Source: a virus
Direction: 5' to 3' (one strand)
Length of the DNA: 64,000 nucleotides
Virus record (IMG/VR): IMGVR_UViG_3300028734_000012
Span: 32,001 to 96,000 of that record
Shown here: positions 1-10,603 of the stretch, piece after piece
Position numbering within the stretch: position 1 is the stretch's first letter
Layout: the number at the start of each line of letters is the position of its first letter
Program-made: the position numbers and the translations under genes
Notes under the pieces: model-generated
What the model was told of the DNA's origin: nothing
What the model saw: only the letters and a program-made list of their open reading frames with translations
The model's database searches: none

Positions 1-186
1 AATGTTGGAAATAAGAGTATAATAAAATTACAAAATAAATCAATTGAGGTAAAAGATGAAGTTTAAATATTATGTACACAAGAAATACGCTCAAATAAAT
101 GACCGTATTAAATACTTGCCAGTTAAAAAAGAAGAAATTCCTAAAGAACAAGTTCCAGAAGTTTATGTGTCCAGAAAATCTATGAA

Positions 187-387
187 ATGAGAGGTAAATA
201 TATGAAAATCAAAAGACTTTTAAAATTTCTATTCTACTGCATATTCCCAATTCTTGTTGGAGTTGTTGTTACTCTATGGTGTACTTATCAGAATATCTTT
301 GTGTACATAATCTATTTATTAGGGGTTTTTGTTTGGTGTGGTATGATTTATAAGCTTTTGTTAAAAGCAGAAGAAAATACAAAATAA
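187..387 (+). CDS. small membrane protein
   Basis: ORF with two hydrophobic helices; GAGGT SD suggests start at the second Met. Confidence 0.6.
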   Translation: MRGKYMKIKRLLKFLFYCIFPILVGVVVTLWCTYQNIFVYIIYLLGVFVWCGMIYKLLLKAEENTK

Positions 388-402
388 AAAGGGGTATTCA
401 AA

Positions 403-849
403 ATGGATGTAGCAGGACAAATTAACAGTGTGGTCAACAACATTTCAAGCAAATTGGGTGACATTGCAAAACAACTCGGTGTGGCAGTCAACATGGTTTA
501 TCCAATGTTCGTACAGAAGGCATTTACGGATGGAATCGTTGGGCTTATCTTTGCTATAATTTCAGTTATAGTAATCTTATTTACGCTTACATATGCGTAT
601 AAAGTCTTTTACAAATCTAATAAAGATGGGCTTTCAAAGTATGAAATTGCTGTTCACAGTAATAATTATAGTTCAGACGAACATGAAGCAAAATATGCGA
701 TTATGATTATTGTACTCGGTATTATTTCATTTATATTTGGTGTGTATTTGTTGGTTTCACTTGGCGATACAATTAATCATTTGGTAAATCCGCAGTATTG
801 CGCGTTAAAAGAACTTACGGACTTAGTTAAAAATACAACATCAAAATAA
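403..849 (+). CDS. hypothetical membrane protein
   Basis: AAGGGG SD; two hydrophobic segments. Confidence 0.7.
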   Translation: MDVAGQINSVVNNISSKLGDIAKQLGVAVNMVYPMFVQKAFTDGIVGLIFAIISVIVILFTLTYAYKVFYKSNKDGLSKYEIAVHSNNYSSDEHEAKYAIMIIVLGIISFIFGVYLLVSLGDTINHLVNPQYCALKELTDLVKNTTSK

Positions 850-870
850 AAAAGAATGAGGTAATCAACA

Positions 871-1146
871 ATGGCTGAACAAAAAAAATATTACGGAGCA
901 GTACTGGAAACTGGTAAAATATTTGGTGCGCTGATTGATGCTTACAAGGGCTGTAAAAAGCAAGGAATTTATGAAGCAGACGGCAACAAGATGAACGTTG
1001 TTGATATCTTCACGGGCAAGCTAAAGAGCGCAACAATGGTTGATGGGGTTGTCACGGAATTTAAAATCCTCAACCACAATCTCACCGCAGAAATGAAAAT
1101 CACGAATGGTGAACTGACAGTTGTTTCCATAAGAGCAGTAGCGTAA
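871..1146 (+). CDS. hypothetical protein
   Basis: GAGGT SD; followed by a terminator. Confidence 0.75.
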   Translation: MAEQKKYYGAVLETGKIFGALIDAYKGCKKQGIYEADGNKMNVVDIFTGKLKSATMVDGVVTEFKILNHNLTAEMKITNGELTVVSIRAVA

Positions 1147-1182
1147 CCTTACAAATATAAATCTTACAGATAAGCAAATTAG

Positions 1183-1208
1183 GGGTGGCGAATAGCCATC
1201 CTTTTTTT
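1183..1208 (+). terminator. intrinsic terminator
   Basis: GGGTGGC/GCCATCC stem followed by T7. Confidence 0.75.
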
Positions 1209-1699
1209 GGGTTTCAATTATTTTTGGGTTCATCAAATAGGAATTTTTTTGCATATAGATAGTTCACATTGTAATATGAATCTTGATTCATCAAATAGGA
1301 AAAAAGTTGCATATACAAGGTTCACATGGGTTGCTATGCAATTGATATTCGCTACGCTCAACTGATATGAGACAAACATTCACTTCATTTCATATTGTAA
1401 TATGAATTAATACGTTTCACATTATAATATAATCTCATATTGGTTGCTTCGCAACTAATACAAAACGCAAAGCGTTTCATATTGTAATATAAGGTTAATA
1501 CGTTCATATTATAATATGAATCTCACTACGTTCGATTTATATTCTATGAGTTTTAATATTTCACATTATAATATGAGGTATATATTTTCATATTATAATA
1601 TGACTTAATATATTTAATTCCAAAAAGAATTTTCCATTTCTCTTGACAAAATTGCTGTGCAATTTTTTGAAGAATATTAAAATAAATATTTTAATATTC

Positions 1700-1728
1700 T
1701 TGACAAATTGAGAATACTATTATATAAT
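1700..1728 (+). promoter_or_regulatory. sigmaA-type promoter
   Basis: TTGACA-17-TATAAT. Similar promoters have -35 boxes at 2347, 3693, 4405, 4914, 5266, 6199, 6911, 7529, 8361, 8993, 9586, 13307, 16281, 17522, 22200, 23245, 27874. Confidence 0.85.
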
Positions 1729-1761
1729 ATAGACAGACAAAAAAGAAATGGCGGTAAATTA

Positions 1762-1809
1762 ATGATTGTGATGTTCTTAATACTATTATTTTCACCTAAG
1801 AAAAAATAA
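1762..1809 (+). CDS. 15-aa hydrophobic micropeptide MIVMFLILLFSPKKK
   Basis: First ORF after the promoter; GGCGGT SD; paralogues at 6968 and 10603(-). Confidence 0.6.
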   Translation: MIVMFLILLFSPKKK

Positions 1810-1825
1810 GGAAGAGGTTATTAAA

Positions 1826-2014
1826 ATGAAAAACAAAACTATAGAGCGTGTCTTAATTATACTGATAGCAATTCAAGTTGTGTTAATCATTTTAGGGTTC
1901 GTACTTTACGCAGGGAAACCATTCGATGTATTAAGATATACGGTCATGAATGCATCGTTACTTGTTATGAATGCTTATACGCTACATAACTGTAAGAAAG
2001 AGGAAAGCAAATGA
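1826..2014 (+). CDS. small membrane protein
   Basis: GAGGT SD; hydrophobic. Confidence 0.65.
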   Translation: MKNKTIERVLIILIAIQVVLIILGFVLYAGKPFDVLRYTVMNASLLVMNAYTLHNCKKEESK

Positions 2015-2407
2015 AATACTTAAATGAAAGAATATCCTTGGTTATCCTAATTATCACAGCAATCATATTCCTAAAGAATAGCATAATTACCGCGCCTATA
2101 TTTTTCATTACAATAATACTGATATTCATAGCAGATGAACTTATAGACATAAAATGCGCTATAGATAAGAAAGGGGATAACAAATGATGATACTTGAAGC
2201 GCATTGCCTATTAAAAAATTGGTGGTCGGTCACTAAGAATATGGTTGTAAAAGGGTTTTTAATTTTAGACATTAGTATCGAAAATGAATTTGTTAATTTA
2301 GTATTCGGTAGAATAATGTAATTTCTAAATAAATATTTTAATAGTCTTGACAATTAATAAATAGTGATATATAATAGAGATACAAACAAAAGAAAAGAGG
2401 ACAAAAA

Positions 2408-2752
2408 ATGGAAAAGAGATATATTATGCTTAGTCGTTCTAAAGAGACAATCACTGAAAAGACATTGGCATTTCTGAAAGACGGCTACGAATTAGTAGGG
2501 GTAGATGACCGCGGTGAATCCCTTGAATTTCAAAAAGAACATCCTGTGTGGAAAATCATTAATCCAATATGGGAAATTACCAATCCAAACGGTGCATATA
2601 CCAAAGAGGGCGCTAAAAACATCGAAGGTATATACAATTTCATTGAAGGAACAATTTCAGAAATTGGGGTCAGCGATGCAAAATCACTTTACCGTCATCT
2701 TACTGAAAATCCAACGGAGACATTAGCAATATTAAAATCATTATCTGAATAA
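2408..2752 (+). CDS. hypothetical protein
   Basis: Promoter plus GAGGA SD. Confidence 0.75.
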   Translation: MEKRYIMLSRSKETITEKTLAFLKDGYELVGVDDRGESLEFQKEHPVWKIINPIWEITNPNGAYTKEGAKNIEGIYNFIEGTISEIGVSDAKSLYRHLTENPTETLAILKSLSE

Positions 2753-2802
2753 ACAAAAGATAAACAAAACATACGACAACAAAATAAAAAGGAGAATTAA
2801 AT

Positions 2803-3120
2803 ATGTTCAAGATTTATTGGATAAATATGTCAAAAGCAACGGGTGACACAAGAATTGGGACAAGACCAGTCGTGTCGGTCGAACAAGTCGGTAAAAAGCT
2901 AACAGTCTATGAGATTACAAGCCGCAACAAGGGAGACAGATATCATGCGCACATGAACAACTACCTCATAAGGGGTTATTGCGATTGCGGAACTGCATAT
3001 AGGGTCGATGAGAAGTACATCAAGAGTTATGTCAGAGATTGCACACTAACAGAATATAAGGCTATTTCAGATACTATAGCGGCACTAAAACCTAGAGATT
3101 CAAATAAACAGGCTGTATAA
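2803..3120 (+). CDS. PemK/MazF-like fold protein
   Basis: IYW..M...G...GTRPVV.V...ITSR pattern resembles PemK/MazF. Confidence 0.5.
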   Translation: MFKIYWINMSKATGDTRIGTRPVVSVEQVGKKLTVYEITSRNKGDRYHAHMNNYLIRGYCDCGTAYRVDEKYIKSYVRDCTLTEYKAISDTIAALKPRDSNKQAV

Positions 3121-3135
3121 AAAGAAGGAGCAAAA

Positions 3136-3534
3136 ATGCAATTTATCAATAAAACAACGGGCGAAGTTATCTCAACTAATAATAGAAGAATACTGCTTCA
3201 TACGGTTCTTTCATCGGTGTATCTTCAATTCATGTTGGAGAGTGACACCTTGGCAAAAGAGACAGCGAAATATAAAAATGTTCCACTTCTGCCATACATC
3301 ATGACGGATAAGGATAAAGAGAAAATTGCCTTAAATCCAGATACCATTGAGGATATCCCACGGTTTATTGTAAAGGGCTATGATAAGGCGGTCAGCGCCA
3401 GTTACTTTGACCAAAAGGTTTGGGATGAATTTATCACCAGATATAACCAGAATGATGAACGGCTGTGTACATTCATAAACCGCTATCATCCTGTGTTCAA
3501 AGCAACCTTAGATGTTTCATCTATGGCTTCATAA
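3136..3534 (+). CDS. hypothetical protein
   Basis: AAGGAG SD. Confidence 0.7.
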   Translation: MQFINKTTGEVISTNNRRILLHTVLSSVYLQFMLESDTLAKETAKYKNVPLLPYIMTDKDKEKIALNPDTIEDIPRFIVKGYDKAVSASYFDQKVWDEFITRYNQNDERLCTFINRYHPVFKATLDVSSMAS

Positions 3535-3740
3535 AGCAATCAAGGTGGGTTTATTCACATCTTCCCACATTGATATATTAGGGTGACAGCGTAGCTAACT
3601 GCCATCCTATTTTTTTAAGATATATAAGTTCATATTATAATATGAATCTATTATTTAGAAATTGAGATTCTAAAATAAACTTTAAAATACTATTGACATT
3701 CTTATTTTATGGGGTTATAATGTAATTACAAAAGAAAAGG

Positions 3741-4266
3741 ATGTGTAACAATATGAATTATTTTACAGACTGCAAATGTATTGAAGAGGTTAAGGAAATT
3801 TACCGCAAGATGGCTTGCTTGCTCCATCCAGACATTAATCACGCGCCAGATGCAACACAGCAAATGCAAGCTTTAAACAGCCAGTATGAGCATATATTCG
3901 CACTTCTAAAGAACACTCATAGGTCAATCAACAACGCAGAGGAAGTCTATACGGCAACAGGAGATAAGGAAACCAAAGAAGTACCAGAAGACTTCATCGG
4001 AATCATTAGCGTAATCATTGGTTTAGTCGGTATCAAAATCGAATTGATGTCGTTGGGTTTGGGTAACAGGTGAAACCAAACAATATAAGGACATTTTTAA
4101 GGGTCACGGCTTCATGTGGAGCAATCCAAAACAAGCATGGTCATGGCATAAAGCAGAGGATGCAACACACAGCAGAAAGCGTATTCCACTTGATAAGATA
4201 AGGGAAATGTACGGGTCACAAGAAATCACCCAAGAACGCAATAACAGGGCGGCTTTAAATAGTTAA
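3741..4266 (+). pseudogene. J-domain (HPD) protein, frameshifted near 4050
   Basis: LHPD motif; Trp-rich continuation WVWVTGETK..GFMW..KQAWSW in another frame ends at TAA 4264-4266. Confidence 0.7.
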
Positions 4267-4452
4267 TCATTACGGGGCAGTAGAAATACTGCTCCATTTT
4301 TTTTAGAATATAATCTTCATATTATAATATGAAGCGTTATATAATATAATTCACATTATAATATGATATAATATATTAAATAAAAAATAAACTTCTCTTA
4401 TATCTTGACATTAGAAAAATACCGTGTTATAATATAATTACAAAATAAAGAA

Positions 4453-4797
4453 ATGAGGAAATACAAAATGATTTACGAAAAACTACAGAAGACAACGGTT
4501 GAGGACAAGTTCTTAAAAGCAGAGATATATTATAGTAAGGGTGGATATCATGCCAAACGTGGCTATTATCTAAGGGTTACACCAGTAAAGGTTAAAAAAG
4601 GAAACGGCTATACAAGCGAGGAATCAAGCCTGTTCGGCAATGAAAGTGGAGATGTAATGTTCATCCATGAAGTGGGTCGTCAGTCAGACAAGCAGTTCCA
4701 GATTGCTTGCAGTATCGCAGAGGATAAAGCGAACAACTTAGTCGAGAAGCTAACCGCTAAAGTATCTGCTCAAAGTGGATGGATTCTAAAAGAATAA
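4453..4797 (+). CDS. hypothetical protein
   Basis: Own promoter and terminator; GAGG SD favours ATG at 4468. Confidence 0.75.
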   Translation: MRKYKMIYEKLQKTTVEDKFLKAEIYYSKGGYHAKRGYYLRVTPVKVKKGNGYTSEESSLFGNESGDVMFIHEVGRQSDKQFQIACSIAEDKANNLVEKLTAKVSAQSGWILKE

Positions 4798-4973
4798 ATT
4801 GTAAAAGGGTGTTCGGTAACGGATGCCCTTTATTTTATATGGAGTTATTTCATATTATAATATGAATGTTTAATTTAGAAATTCAATTCTTAAAAATAAA
4901 GTTTAATTAACTATTGACATTAATTATTTATAGTGTTATAATATAATTACAAAAGAAAGAGAGGTATTAATTA

Positions 4974-5171
4974 ATGAGTTGTCCAAATTGCGGTCACGAA
5001 GAATATGTATGCATCGAAGTTTCAGATTCTTCTGGTTCTTGCGCATTAGTGGTTGGTTGTACTGGTTCGGTAAGACCAAGGGTTTGTTTAAATTGTGGGG
5101 TTGTTTATTTGTCAAAAGAGCGCTTAGAAGAGATTAAGGATTGCGAAAATAGATTAAAAAGAGCGAAGTAA
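4974..5171 (+). CDS. small Zn-ribbon protein
   Basis: CPNCG...CLNCG; own promoter and SD. Confidence 0.7.
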   Translation: MSCPNCGHEEYVCIEVSDSSGSCALVVGCTGSVRPRVCLNCGVVYLSKERLEEIKDCENRLKRAK

Positions 5172-5509
5172 AATTCGCTCTTTTTATTTTAGAATGTGAT
5201 TTCATATTATAATATAAAACTATTAATTATAAATTCAATTTCTAAAAATAAAGTTTAATAAAGTATTGACATTGATTATTTACCATGTTATAATGTAATC
5301 ACAAAGAAAAGAGGTAAGCAATATGAAAGAAAATCCGTGGTACAATGGTTCAAATGGTCAAAGAGAATGGATAGACAAATGGAATCAAGAGTATGCAGTT
5401 TGCATAAAATGTCCTAAATATCCAAACTGTAATGCCATTGACCGTACAGATGAAAATACATGTGGCTTGCTAACACTACCAATACTAAATAAATAAGAGG
5501 TAAAATAAA

Positions 5510-5788
5510 ATGACAGTAGAACAAATTAAAGAGATGAAACCGTTTGAGGTATGCATGGAGTTAGAGTGTGGAAACTTACTAGACCAGATTGACACTGTTG
5601 ACAAGGCACAAGCAATCTTGGACAAGGTAAGTTGTCTACGTCGTTCACAGGGGTTTTATACACGCTTATGTGAAAGCTTGGAAGATTTTATTGCAAGCTT
5701 TGATGATGACAGCGATGATATGCCATATGATGACGGTGAAGAATGCGACGGAGAATGTGACGGTGGCTGTAGCGAGGGTGAAGATTAA
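5510..5788 (+). CDS. hypothetical protein with acidic C-terminus
   Basis: GAGGT SD. Confidence 0.7.
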   Translation: MTVEQIKEMKPFEVCMELECGNLLDQIDTVDKAQAILDKVSCLRRSQGFYTRLCESLEDFIASFDDDSDDMPYDDGEECDGECDGGCSEGED

Positions 5789-5790
5789 TT

Positions 5791-6063
5791 ATGGATAACG
5801 ACAGCTATATTCTGAACAATGGACTTGGGGAAATCCTTCATATACAATTGTATAATGATGGATATTATTTAGCTAGTGTACCATATGTATGCAAAAAAGA
5901 CGGCAAAATTTATATTCAAGGATTTTGGAGTGAAGATGAAGCAACTATTGATAAATACGAAATTTTAAACGGCAAAATTAGGATATTGCATTATATCCAA
6001 TATTATCGCGGTATTGAAATAAAGAATTGTGAATGTGATGTTACCGTAGATTGGATTATATAG
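5791..6063 (+). CDS. hypothetical protein
   Basis: Coupled to upstream ORF; terminator follows. Confidence 0.65.
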   Translation: MDNDSYILNNGLGEILHIQLYNDGYYLASVPYVCKKDGKIYIQGFWSEDEATIDKYEILNGKIRILHYIQYYRGIEIKNCECDVTVDWII

Positions 6064-6264
6064 TTTTAAAAAGGATAGTCGGCTCTATCCTTTTTTTTAT
6101 AGACAATTATTTCATATTATAATATGAATAGCTTATAATTCTTGTCATATTATAATATGACTTAACATATAAACCTAAAAATAAAGATTAAAATTAGCTT
6201 GACATTATATATAATAGATGTTATAATATATTTAGAAACTAAAAGAAAAGGACGTGTAAACAAT

Positions 6265-6558
6265 ATGAATGAAAGAGCAAAGATTATCTTAGAGCAACTT
6301 GGTGGGAATCATTTCATGGTGATGACAGGCGCAAAGCTTATCACATATGATGATAATTCTATTTCCTTATCACTACCACGTAATATCTCAAAAGCGAACA
6401 AATTTTCGGTGACACTTGATGGTGACGATACTTACACAATGAAGTTCTATTCCACTACACGTAAAGAGCCGATGATATGCGCTCAAAGTGGATTGTACTT
6501 CAATATGTTACAGCCAGAGTTTACCAGAGTGACAGGGATGGACACTAAATTATTCTAA
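6265..6558 (+). CDS. hypothetical phage protein
   Basis: QLGG..F..MTGAK...DTYTMKF; the track start at 6199 is the -35 box, and ATG 6265 follows an AAGGA SD. Confidence 0.75.
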   Translation: MNERAKIILEQLGGNHFMVMTGAKLITYDDNSISLSLPRNISKANKFSVTLDGDDTYTMKFYSTTRKEPMICAQSGLYFNMLQPEFTRVTGMDTKLF

Positions 6559-6571
6559 AGGAGTAAACAAC

Positions 6572-6736
6572 ATGTTTGATTCAAGAGAGTTACACAATAT
6601 TGCCGTTGGCATTGCAGAGATGGAGAGCGCACACAGCGAGGACACCGACAAAGACATAGCAATCGTTAATGCTATTGATGGCGCAGTAGATGCACTAAGG
6701 AGACTTTCAAATCTATTGCTTACAGAAGAAGCTTAA
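6572..6736 (+). CDS. 54-aa hypothetical protein (not in ORF track)
   Basis: AAGGAG SD; MFDSRELHNIAVG...; terminator follows. Confidence 0.6.
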   Translation: MFDSRELHNIAVGIAEMESAHSEDTDKDIAIVNAIDGAVDALRRLSNLLLTEEA

Positions 6737-6967
6737 TAAATGGGGTGGAGAAATCCATCCTATTTTTTTTATCCAATTCATTTTATATTATAATATGAAA
6801 AATAACTATACTTCTCTTCATATGAGTTGCAAAGCAACTGGATATAAAACGCTCCGCGTTTCATATTACAATATGATTAAAATATTGAATTAATTATTTA
6901 GTATATTTACTTGACATTCGCATATAAATATAGTATAATAATTAAACAAAGAAAAGGGGATTAACGA

Positions 6968-7015
6968 ATGTTTATGATGTTTCTTTATTTACTATTTTTT
7001 GGAAAAAAGAAATGA
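6968..7015 (+). CDS. 15-aa hydrophobic micropeptide MFMMFLYLLFFGKKK
   Basis: First ORF after promoter 6911; AAGGGGA SD; two paralogues. Confidence 0.6.
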   Translation: MFMMFLYLLFFGKKK

Positions 7016-7588
7016 AAACGCTTGACAAATGACGAAAACAATGGTATACTAGTAACAGAGATTAAGAGAAGAACGACAAAAGAAAGAGAGGTATTTCAAC
7101 ATGAAACTTATTTACTTCGGTCGATGTAGTTGCTCAACTAAAAAAAATATTATTAAATAATTAACGACAGCCGCGGCAGTTTGGCGCACAGCCAAAGAAG
7201 GAGATATGACGATGTTTCATAGTGGATTTGTTTAGCTAGACATTATAAATTAGAACGTATTAGATGAGAACAGCGCGGCTACAGCCGCACGAACCAAACG
7301 TTATTAGGGGGATTTGTGATGAGATTTACAACTGGATTTACTTAGCTAAACTATGATAATTAAAAATTAGATTGTATATATAAATAAATAAATAATACGC
7401 GGCGACGGGGTTATTTTATATCCCGCCGCCGCCTTTTTATTTAGGAATGAATTTCATATTATAATATGAATATAAGAAGCGAATTGTTATATTATAATAT
7501 GAATTAGAATATTTATTTTTAAATAAGATTGACAATTAAAAAAACGTATGTTATAATATAATTACAAAAGAAAAGAGGGTATATAATT

Positions 7589-7777
7589 ATGAAATTTATT
7601 GTTGATGAATTACCGAACGGTTGTTCTGAATGCCCCATAAGTAAAAAAGAATACCATGGAAAATTTGGTACTTTTTATAGTTGCCCATTAACTGGTGAAT
7701 CAACTATTGGTGGCTGTAGTTGGATGCAAGGGCAATTAAAAATATGTAAAAGTTGCCCATTAGCTATACTAAAATAA
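7589..7777 (+). CDS. small Cys-rich protein
   Basis: VDELP..C.ECP...CPL pattern; promoter and SD. Confidence 0.7.
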   Translation: MKFIVDELPNGCSECPISKKEYHGKFGTFYSCPLTGESTIGGCSWMQGQLKICKSCPLAILK

Positions 7778-8422
7778 AAGAAAAGAGAACCTAATTATGA
7801 AAGATATGATTAAAAGACTTGTAGTATTCACAATCGTTATTCTGGTTGTTATAGCTTGCACTTGGAGACTAACCATGTTATCATTAGGAATAGTAGTCAA
7901 TGACGACACTTGCTACATTACAAGTTACGGGCAAGTAGATGCATATGATTACACACCAAATTTTTAAAGGTGGGTACATATAATGAAACGGAAGTTTATA
8001 TTCTGGTTACTGGTTGATGTTTTCACAATCGGTTTGTTTATCTGGTTTGTTTGGTCTTGCTTGGATGTAAACGCTCATAATAACCTTGGTGATACAAGTA
8101 CCATCAGTACATACAATCTATTCTACATGGCAGAGAGGGCAAGAGATAGCATAATGAGTTGACTTAGTAGGCGGCAGAAATGCCGCCTATTTTTTACCTA
8201 TAGTTGTTTCATATTACAATATGAATCGTTTTATATTATAATATGAGTTTCACTTCGTTCAACTGATATTTTATGAATCTGCTGTAAAAATCTGTTTTCA
8301 TATTCTAATATGAGTTGATTATATAAAAATACAATTTCTAAAATAAAGTTTTAATATCTATTGACAATGATTATTTTTCATGTTATTATATATATAGAAA
8401 AGAAAAGGAAGTGCAATAATAA

Positions 8423-8716
8423 ATGAGTAAAAGTATATTAATCATTGGGGAGTTCAAGACTAGGAGAAAAGATGTTGCCGTTGGTATTCATATTCCAACT
8501 GATAGGCTGATAACGGAGTTAGACATTGAGGAGATACAAACTAAATTCGTATCGACATTCAATCCTATAAAGGATAAAATCAAGAGATATATTGTTGATG
8601 TTGTACACTGTACGAATACAGAAGAAGAAAAAGACTTGGCTATATCATTCAACAGTATATCTTATAATCAAATGGTTCTACATCTGGAACAGTACGCAAG
8701 AATTGCTAACTTATAA
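8423..8716 (+). CDS. hypothetical protein
   Basis: Promoter and SD. Confidence 0.7.
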   Translation: MSKSILIIGEFKTRRKDVAVGIHIPTDRLITELDIEEIQTKFVSTFNPIKDKIKRYIVDVVHCTNTEEEKDLAISFNSISYNQMVLHLEQYARIANL

Positions 8717-8736
8717 AATAAAGGAGAAAAATATTA

Positions 8737-8891
8737 TGGTAAAAGTTTGTGTTAATGTAATCGGCGCTGATAATCTGACAATGGGTAAGAGGTACGAAAT
8801 AAAAAAAGCAACGCACTCGGATTATGTCAAGGTCAAGAACGATAATGGAAAAGATAAGTGCTATCATAAAATGAGATTTGCGGCTGAATAA
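8737..8891 (+). CDS. small SH3-like hypothetical protein
   Basis: AAGGAG SD before MVKVCVN; LT.GK.YE....V.NDNG pattern; start approximate. Confidence 0.5.
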
Positions 8892-9183
8892 GCCGCATTT
8901 TTCTTTATATAAACGTTTCATATTACAATATGAATACTTATAATTCTTATCATATTCTAATATGAATTGATAAAATAAAGTTTTAATTAGTGTTGACAAT
9001 TGTTATTTTCCATGTTATAATAAATATAGAAATTAAAGAGAGAAGGATTTAAAAATGACAGTTTACAGAAAAGGTTTGAGGAAAAATTTCATCTATTTGT
9101 ACGAGATGACAATGAAAGAATATCTGGTCAACCGCTACATCTATGGAAGTAAAATATTTAGGAAATAAAAGGAGTGCAACATT

Positions 9184-9414
9184 ATGTATAAAAAATCAAT
9201 AGCAATATTAGAATTGACAAATTTTAGCGGCATTAAGATTCTAGGCATTGAATACGGAATCAATGATAAGGTAAAATTTTGTTATACTGATGATGAAAAG
9301 GGCGATGGTAGGACTATAACGGCAAAAATCAGATATGATGATGAGGGCAAAAGTTATTTCATATCCTATGGTCATCGTTATGATATTGATGAATTTATAA
9401 GAACAAATTCATAA
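9184..9414 (+). CDS. hypothetical protein
   Basis: AAGGAG SD. Confidence 0.7.
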   Translation: MYKKSIAILELTNFSGIKILGIEYGINDKVKFCYTDDEKGDGRTITAKIRYDDEGKSYFISYGHRYDIDEFIRTNS

Positions 9415-9673
9415 TTAATAAGCCCGTGAGGGCTTATTTTTTTACCTATAAATGAGTTTCATATTACAATATGAAATAGATTAATCTTTATCACATTACA
9501 ATATGAAATACCCTTCACTTCAATTCATATTAGAATATGAAATATAAATTGAAAATTCAATTCTAAAATAAATATTTTAATTCGCTTGACAAATGTCATA
9601 AAACATGGTAATATATATATAGACCTAAAAGAAAAGACGTAAAAAATAAAGAATAGAAAAGAAGGATTTTAAA

Positions 9674-10009
9674 ATGTTTGGATTACCTACAAAATTTACA
9701 AAGCACGAAGTTATGGTTGGACTTAATGATAAGGTCACTAAAACGCAGTTAGTTCCTACAATCGAAGCTTTTAAGGCGGCATCAAGTATCGTAGCAAGAT
9801 ACTACGACGGAGCGAGTATATATCAAGGCAACGGAGTTTATAAGCACGACGACGGCACAGTCGTATTTGAGGAATCACTCAAAATTGATATTCTGGTATT
9901 CGATAAAAAGAATGATAACATTGACGGGCTGATTGAGGAATTGAAATTAAAACTGAATCAAGAGAGCGTAGCAATCCAAACAAGCCGAGTTTCAAGCCGC
10001 TTAATGTAA
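9674..10009 (+). CDS. PII-like / DUF3574-like protein
   Basis: G.G.Y...G..V.E.S...LNQESV pattern. Confidence 0.5.
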   Translation: MFGLPTKFTKHEVMVGLNDKVTKTQLVPTIEAFKAASSIVARYYDGASIYQGNGVYKHDDGTVVFEESLKIDILVFDKKNDNIDGLIEELKLKLNQESVAIQTSRVSSRLM

Positions 10010-10366
10010 TTATAAGGCATACGGAAAATAAACCGTATGCCTTATTTTTGGGTTCATGTGTTAAAACATTAACAATCATATGGGTAATTTCATATTACAA
10101 TATGAATCATGGGCTGTAAAAATTTCCAAAACTTTATCCCTCAAAAGTTTCCATAGACTAAGCGTTTCATATTACAATATGAATTATGAATCGTTAAGGT
10201 AAAACGGTAATATGGTAATATGGTAACGCTTTAAAGTAGTAACGCTTTAACTTGATAAAGTGGTAAATCATTAAAACATATTTACTTACTATGTTAATTT
10301 CATATTACAATATGAATCGTTTTGGGCAAAAAAAATAAGCCGCATATTTCAGCGGCTTATTTTCAA

Positions 10367-10504
10367 TTATCTGCCTAATAATATGTCAGAATCATATTCC
10401 TCATTATTATTGAATGCTATCCATTCAGCGGCTTTTTCTTCACTCATACCCTGTTCCATCCAATAATCAATTTTTTCAAGGTAATTCATTTCATCATAGT
10501 TCAT
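10367..10504 (-). CDS. 45-aa acidic hypothetical protein (not in ORF track)
   Basis: MNYDEMNYLEKIDYWMEQGMSEE...; minus-strand terminator at about 10328-10362. Confidence 0.55.
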   Translation of the reverse strand: MNYDEMNYLEKIDYWMEQGMSEEKAAEWIAFNNNEEYDSDILLGR

Positions 10505-10558
10505 AATAATAACCATCTTTCAAATTAAAATTAAGCCGCCCGTAGGCGGCTTATTGGA

Positions 10559-10603
10559 TTACTTTTTTTTACCGAATAACAAATACAATGCCATTAAAAA
10601 CAA
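10559..10603 (-). CDS. 14-aa hydrophobic micropeptide (M)FLMALYLLFGKKK
   Basis: TTG start; AAGGCGGTG SD; paralogue of 1762 and 6968. Confidence 0.55.
   Translation of the reverse strand: MFLMALYLLFGKKK

Noticed and set aside
1263-10316. CRISPR array formed by the palindromes
   Set aside because: Repeats are 18 bp, irregularly spaced and separated by whole genes and promoters; no cas genes are present
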